DNA from: Squalus acanthias
Taxonomy: Eukaryota
Length of the DNA stretch: 64,000 bases
Direction: 5' to 3'
Assembly: GCA_030390025.1 (NCBI GenBank)
Contig: CM059428.1
Coordinates: 34,658,001 to 34,722,000 of the forward strand
Shown piece by piece: positions 57,151 through 64,000 of the stretch (positions are counted from its first letter, which is position 1; every line of letters begins with the position of its first letter). The notes under the pieces were generated by a model. It ran no database searches, was not told the DNA's origin, and saw nothing but the letters and a program-made list of their open reading frames with translations. Both the position numbers and the translations under genes were made by a program.

Positions 57151-58514
57151 CTGCCTTAGCTGTCACAAGAGACTAAGTACCTCAGATAGACTGTGTACCA
57201 GAGAAACTTGACAAGGCTGGATTTATTGCTTTTACCTCTAATGAACACGACTGCCTTTTTTCAAAGTTCTGCTTCAATGGACGCTGACTATGTCCTGCTT
57301 ATGATTTACTGGTCTTAAGACTGAAGCTATCCAGTAGTCAACACAATGGCAGATTTCCCCTTGTCCCAGAAGGCAATCACATTTCGTTCACTTTCCAGTG
57401 CCAGCTGGCGAGAGTTCAACTCATTACTGGTTCTTTTTGTACGTAGGTCACTCCAACAATTTGAGGGAGTCTTAAATATTTACACTAATGTAATTTGTGA
57501 AAGTATAAATTAATATACACACAGATTCAGCTATTAAAATGTTCCCAGTTTGCTTTCATATACAAGATACTAAGGATATCAAACAAAAGTATAATGCTTT
57601 GGAGATAGATGTTGGTCTGACAACTGAACCACATAAAATTTAAAAATAGGTCTACAGCTCCTTAGCAACATAGACTCATTTATGAAAAAAACCCCAGTAA
57701 ATCTGAAGATGTTTTATTTAAACAAATACCTTTAAAGTACACGGTAAATTTTGTCTGTTCCTTTTATCCAAAGAGCTTCAAAGAACTTAACAAATATTGA
57801 ACAAGTTGTCCACTATTGGGGGGAAATAGCGCTTTTAAATTGCTAAGTTTAGCCAGAATTATAGGAGGCACCAGAGTACAAAAGGCTAGATTACCTACTG
57901 AGACTGGGCTTCCTCACTGTTTGAGACTAGTTTAACCACCTCCTTCCCCAATATTCAAATAGGATATTGCTGTCCTCTCATTTGGAAGGGGAATCAACCA
58001 GGAACCCTGTTCCTTTTTTAAAAAACTGTTCTAATTAAATTACTAAACACCAGAATGTTCTAGAACCTGGACTGATGACAGAGTAACGCCGGCAGTCAAT
58101 GAATCAGAATAAATAAGGAGGCAGCTTTCCTATACCTGCAGGAGACCCTCGACAGTGTACTTCTCCCTTCTGTCTCTTTCCCTCCCCTTACCCCACCCCC
58201 ACAATCTATCTGAAAAAAACAACTACACCTGCATCTGGAGGGGGGAGGGGGGGGGGGGGAATGCCTTTGGTTTAGGGCTGTTAGACGATAATGCCAAGTT
58301 AAAAAACTGCTTTGGCCAAAGGCAAAACTACTTTCACTTCCACCTGTGGCAGTGTTTGGACTATCAACTTAAGAGTTGATGTCACAACTGAAAGAAACGC
58401 TATGACAACCATCAAAACGAAACCAAACTAAAGGCTGCCAACAGCTGACCGCAATGCTCTCACTCTTCCTCCGCCAGCTTAATCATGCACTCCCTCCACC
58501 ATTGGCTGCAACGT

Positions 58515-58888
58515 GGCCGCAGTGTGTACTATCTACAAGAGCAGGATGCACTGCAGAATCTAACCAAGGCTTCTACGGCAGCACCTCCCAAACCCGCAAC
58601 AAGCACCACCAAGAAGGACACGGACAGCAGATGCATGGGAACAGCATCACCACCAAGTTCCCGACTTGGACATATATCCTGACGTGGCCATGTATCGATG
58701 TTCCTTCATAGTCGCTGGGCCAAAATCCTGGAACTCCTAACCAAACAGCATTGCGGGAACACCTTCACCACACGGACTGCAGCAGTTCAAGGAGAAGTCC
58801 CACCACCACTTGCCTCCGCGAGGGCAACTAGGGCAATAAATGTCAGCCTTGCCAACGACACCCACATTCCGAAAATGAATTTAAAAAA
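58515..58888 (+). mobile_element. LINE 3' end, same family as 24250-24580
   Basis: ATCTACAAGA..GATGCACTGCAG...CCTGGAACTCC...CCCACATTCCG..A-tail. Confidence 0.75.
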
Positions 58889-59609
58889 GTAATAAAAAGG
58901 GGAATGAACCATCTATCATATAGATATATTCCATGTACAACACATAACGAAGACCAAACAAGTTGCTTCAACACTGACCCCCCTTGCTCCATGTGCAAGT
59001 ACAGTCATGCTGAGAAACCTAGATATATCAATGCATCCCTCCTGTAAGCACCAATCAAAATGCAGTGTATTCATAAAATATATGTAAATGTATAACAGCT
59101 TCAAGATGTGTGGATGTACTTTCTTGAGAATTCAACTTAAAAAAAAAATCGCTCCTCTGACCCATCAAGAGCAGTGCCACCAGGAGATCATCTGGTTAGT
59201 GCTACATATCAAGCAATAACTTTTAGAAATACTCAGTGCTAATTTTCACTCTGCAAACCATTAGAGCGTTAGTGTGCGCGCCAGTGGATTCCCCAACACT
59301 TCTGAAGGCTCGTGTGCACCTTCCTGTTTCCTACATCTGTGTTGACGCTGAGATCACAGACCGCACACATGGTTGCTTGGGATAACAACTGCAGTCTCAG
59401 TCCTGTGAAAGTCTGCACAAGCACTGACAGAAAAAAAAAAGTGCAACAGCAGCAATATGCCAACAGCTCACAGGCAGTCACATGCCATGGGCTCAGCTGA
59501 TGGTCCTCAAAAGCTGTAACAGATGCAAAAGATTTCTGGTTTTTGTGTCTTGTTAGGCTGTCAGCTGGTTAGGTGCTGTTTGTGTGTGTATGTGTGTGGA
59601 ATATAATAA

Positions 59610-59785
59610 ACAGATTATCTGTCCATTATCTCATTGCTGTTTATGGGACCTTGCCGTGCACAAATTGTCTGCCATGTTTCCTACATTACACAGTGACTAC
59701 ACATCAAAAGTATTTCATTGGCTGTAAAACGCTTTGGGACATACTGAGGTCACGAAAGGCACTACAGAAAGGCAAGACTTTCTTT
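59610..59785 (+). mobile_element. Deu-SINE 3' fragment
   Basis: ACAGATTATCTG...GGGACCTTGCCGTGCACAAATTG...GCTTTGGGACAT. Confidence 0.78.
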
Positions 59786-62199
59786 CATGATATACAGTTC
59801 AAGAAAAGATCAGCAGGAATCTTTCACACATCAGTGTTCACACGGGAACACGTTGAAGACAATTGAGAACTAGACGGTGCGATGATGTTCAAAAATAAAC
59901 GCGCCTCATGCAAGCTGTGCACATAAATTACTCGATAACTGTATACTCTAATGCGTTGCCTGACGGACATTGTGGTTTTTAAGTTCACAAAAAAATCCAT
60001 CTGTGATTTAGCAAATAAAGAACTGTGTAAAAGGCAAACTGTACTTCTAGCAGAGGTTCTAAATCAACACTCCCAACAGCATCTTCCTGACATTGTTTAC
60101 TGAAATGAAGCCCTAGTTTGCACCGGCCTGTGCAAGGATCACATGGGAACTTCTCCAAATACAGCACTTTAACCCATATTCCTGCACTGAGCTTGCAATC
60201 TTCAAAGAACTCTCAATTAATAAAAAGCTAACTGAAAGAACCAGTGCGAAATGAAGATAGAAAGTGACGCAAAGAAACATTTCATATTTATACCCTCTAA
60301 ATTCAACGGTGGATACCTTTAATTGCTTACACCCGTTAGTGGTTTACTCCTGGCATGTACACACTATTTCACACTGTACCGTGCCTACAGCCCAGATAAC
60401 AGAAGAAAGCCACTGTTGATAATTATGCCAGAAAATTGCTAAAATACCAGTAAAAGCAAGACAATAGTGCAAGATGTTATTTAGGTAAAATTGGCCACGA
60501 TATTTTTGGGTTCTTTCACTCCAGATATTTTTGCCTTCAGTGTTTCAGACTATACTTGGAGGTGAGCTGCAGCTTCCGAGAGAGTGTTTTCAGTTGCCCG
60601 GATATCTAGGTAAAAATCATAGCACGCCCAGCTAATTAACAGGGAATCCTTCAGAGACCAGCTCTACCCCAAGCCTCCATGAGATCTAGTGCTCTTTGCC
60701 TTCATATGAAAAACACTGTACTAGACTTGGTCTTGGGCTTTAACTGCTCAACTGTAGTTAATTAAACTACAAGAACAGGCAATTAGCAGCAGTAGCTCTA
60801 CACATATTTTTACAGTAGTTAAGCTTAGTTAATCCTCACAACAATACCTCCACCCACCCCCCCACACCCGAGTAATTCCAGTGTTAAACTCAAGATAGAA
60901 GTAATTTTCCTTTTTTTCCCCCGCAGTCTACAGAAACTATCTGGCTTGTCTCTGAAGGCTCCAGATAAGAGTCACAGATTTGAAAAAGACAAGCAAATAC
61001 AGTCCCCACCGCTTATAGTGGGCGTATTGGTGGCAACGCAATTGTCCTGCTGGAAGTGGTGGACGGTGTGTAAAAAAATTTAAAAGAGAGAATTTTCATC
61101 CACGGTCTCTCCGCTTCCCGCTCTGTCTAAGTGCCCCAGTGCCATTATTCACCCGCAGTAATGAACGACAATCATCAGTTTTAAGGCTCTGACAATATTG
61201 ATTATTTTACAATTCACCGTTAGTTCATCCTCTGCAACTTAGGTTCAAGATTAAAGCACTGGAACTGTTTCAGAGGCGGTAAGACTGACTGTGACGGACG
61301 GAAAGCATCTGTAGGAGGAAGAGTTAAACGGGCCAAGTCCACAGTTTCATCTTTGGAACAGCTGCTTGAACTGCCAAAAATAGTCGTCGAGCTTAATACG
61401 GTTTAAGCAGCACCTTTGTAATTGACGCCTATGGTATTGGCAAATGGTCAGCGCCATTTGCCCGATATAGGCGGCTGTGAGTGATAAGTGTGGACTGTGT
61501 AACTGGTGGGGACGCTAAATACCGTTGAAAAATATTAAGACTAACCACTTGCATATAATTACAGCAGATTAGCTACCAACAACATACAGATTATAAACAA
61601 GTATGGAACAAGAGAAGAGCACTCAAACACATCTAATCAACTCCAATCAGGGCTTCGAAGGTTATTAAATTAAAAATACAGGATATATACTGAACAGTCA
61701 CAACTGTAACTATACAATGTTCTACCATCCTTGACGTCCAATCATCCTTGTAGCTTTTAGTCACGTTCTTGATATTTACTCAGCCTTTTTTTTTTTAAAT
61801 AAAAAGAGCGATCCAGCATTACTTGTTAGAGCTCTCTGGATTAAATACATTTTTCAGGATTAACCAACATCCTATATAAAATAAAAGCTGCTGCCCTTTT
61901 TAAAAATCCAATCTGATTGCTTAAAACAAAACAGTTCCTGCAGTTGTATGGTGTAAAAGAAGTCAACAAATCTGTTGACGCTGTATTTGTTGAATCTACT
62001 TTCTGTAAATAGAATTTGTTGGATAGCCTTTCACTGCTGATTAAAATGCATGCAACAGGAAGTCCTTAAGAAATTTCACTGACCTTTTGGTAAGCAAGTA
62101 AAATGTTGTGAACAATATGTTATTTACTCACCAAGAATTGAGCGATAAATCCTTTGTGAATTAAGAAACATCTGTAGCAGTGAGAGCTACCAGAAGGAT

Positions 62200-62812
62200 G
62201 GAGGGAATGGAGGGATTGGATTATGAGGAGTGATTATATAAATTGGGCATGTTCTCACTGGAAAAGAGAAGGCTGAGATTTGAGAGGTGATGTGATTGCT
62301 GTTTTTAAGATTCTAAACGGGACCAGATAGATAATGTAGACCATGCCAAGCTGTTTCACCTTGTCCAGAGCAGTAGAACCAGAGGGGACACCCTGCGTGA
62401 ATGGGGGTAAACTTAAAACGAATCTGTGGAAACAATTTTTCAGTGAGCAAGTGGTCAATCAATGGAACAGGCTCCCAAGGGAGCAGTTAATGATGATTCA
62501 TTCAAATGCAAATTGGATAGATTTCTTTCAGAAATGTTTTTTTGGCATACAGTATGAGAGTAATTTGAGACATGACGTGGTAAGTGTAGCATGTTTGGGA
62601 GGAACAGGTGACTTTGGACCTATGGTTTCCAAAGCTCGCAACAACTGGTGTTTTCCTCACCTCATGTCTGGGTCTGTTGTAGACTAATTGATATAAAGAC
62701 TGATTGCTAGGATTAGTCAACAACTCCATTATCATTGCATCATGCGAGCAGCAGGGTGGCAGAAGGTAAACTAGATGGATCGTGGTCATTTTCATCTAGC
62801 AGTTCCTATGTT
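62200..62812 (+). mobile_element. Old CR1 RT C-terminus plus long 3' UTR
   Basis: Degenerate LDYEE.L..LGMFSLEKRRL and VVNQWNRLP; the UTR matches 34945-35690. Confidence 0.75.
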
Positions 62813-63689
62813 AGAGACACACTGAATGTAAATAAATCTCCACTTTTCTTCAGCAATACTTTTCATTATTGAAAGCCATTTCTGTTAAGACTTCATACTT
62901 GAAAAGTTTCCAGGTTTACTAATGTAAAATAAGCTAATGCATTACGTGATAGATCTGGTTTCTAGAGCAGATAGATGGGTTTATTTCTCTTTAGGGATTA
63001 GTTCCACAATACAAAATACCCACCGCACAAAGTACAGCTGCCAGATGAGCTGCTGTGGTTGTGGACACACACATGTGCCATCTCTCCTGAGGCATCTTTG
63101 TAACTGCCTGCACACAAATGTACTGCACATTATCCAGCACAAAAATAAATGTTAAACTTCATTGTGGAAAAGATGACAATTCAGGTGTGATAGCTAACCA
63201 AATATTGAAGTCACTTGTCAAGTACAAGGCCAGCAAATCTAACTTGGGTGTCTGAGCAGATCCGCAGAATGTGCTGCGCAGGTGATAAGATCACACGAAG
63301 CACTTGTGTTCAGCTTTCCTCATCATCTGAGCAACAACAGCTAGCCCTGGGATTTGAATTCAACGTCATCCCATTCAGAAAGTCAATGCCACACACATTA
63401 GGCGCCTGGCCGCAGTTACTGCCCACGCTGAGTGCTTCGTTCTATTATTTAATAGGCTAAATAATTAATTCAAAAATATCAGAGATAATTCTCAAAAATT
63501 GTGCAATGATGTTTGCTGTTAGTTGCTGCAAGTTGAGTGAAAATACGGTATGTGATGCAGCTGCTCCTCATATTTGGCCTCAACTTGTAATTTTTCTCTC
63601 AGTATCCACTCTTAGACCTGCAGAGTGAAATTCTCTGCATTCACTCTGTTGACCCCTTTGCAATTTGAAAAAATTGGATCCGATCTCAA

Positions 63690-64000
63690 GGTGTCAACCA
63701 TGGCTCAGTGGTAGCATTCTCGCCTCAGGAGGTCAAAGATTCAAGTCCCACTCCAAGAGACTTGAACGCATAACCAAGGCTGACACTCCCAGTGCAGCAC
63801 TGAGGGAGTGCTGCACTGTCAGAGGTACTATCGTTCAAATGAGATGTTAAACCGAAGCTCCATCTACCCTCTCAGGTGGACGTAAAAGATCCCATGGCAC
63901 TATTTCAAAGAAGGGTAGGGGAGTTCTCTCGGTGTCCTAGCCAATATTTATCCTTCAACCAACACCTAAAACAGGTGATCTGGTCATCTGGTAATTGCAA
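63690..64000 (+). mobile_element. Deu-domain SINE 5' part, cut by the window edge
   Basis: A box TGGCTCAGTGGT, B-box-like GATTCAAGTCC, Deu core GTAAAAGATCCCATGGCACTATTTC. Confidence 0.88.

Overview
Vertebrate genomic DNA. The repeat content (CR1, L2, Penelope, Deu-domain tRNA-SINEs) points to a cartilaginous fish, probably a shark; this is inference. The only host gene is EEPD1 on the minus strand. Six coding exons of 52, 111, 135, 127, 195 and 200 nt (56445 down to 8602) splice with GT-AG boundaries into one open frame encoding the C-terminal EEP nuclease domain; the 5' exons lie beyond the right edge. The rest is intron and 3' flank packed with transposons: nested CR1 LINEs (one 3.6 kb copy with esterase ORF1, endonuclease and RT), L2 and Penelope fragments, hammerhead-bearing Penelope termini, DeuSINEs, AmnSINE2-like SINEs, and Tc1/mariner-, Harbinger- and hAT-like MITEs. 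There is also a G-rich minisatellite spanning a 160-N gap. I found no convincing new multi-gene system. The best leads are: canonical catalytic motifs (GDFN, SDH) retained in this EEPD1; a TSD-flanked Penelope hairpin with a hammerhead core; MITEs carrying clustered, bidirectional splice donors; a candidate poison exon; a twin-priming-type CR1 inversion; and local templated duplications. Repeat family names come from recalled consensus similarity, not a database search, and most repeat boundaries are approximate.
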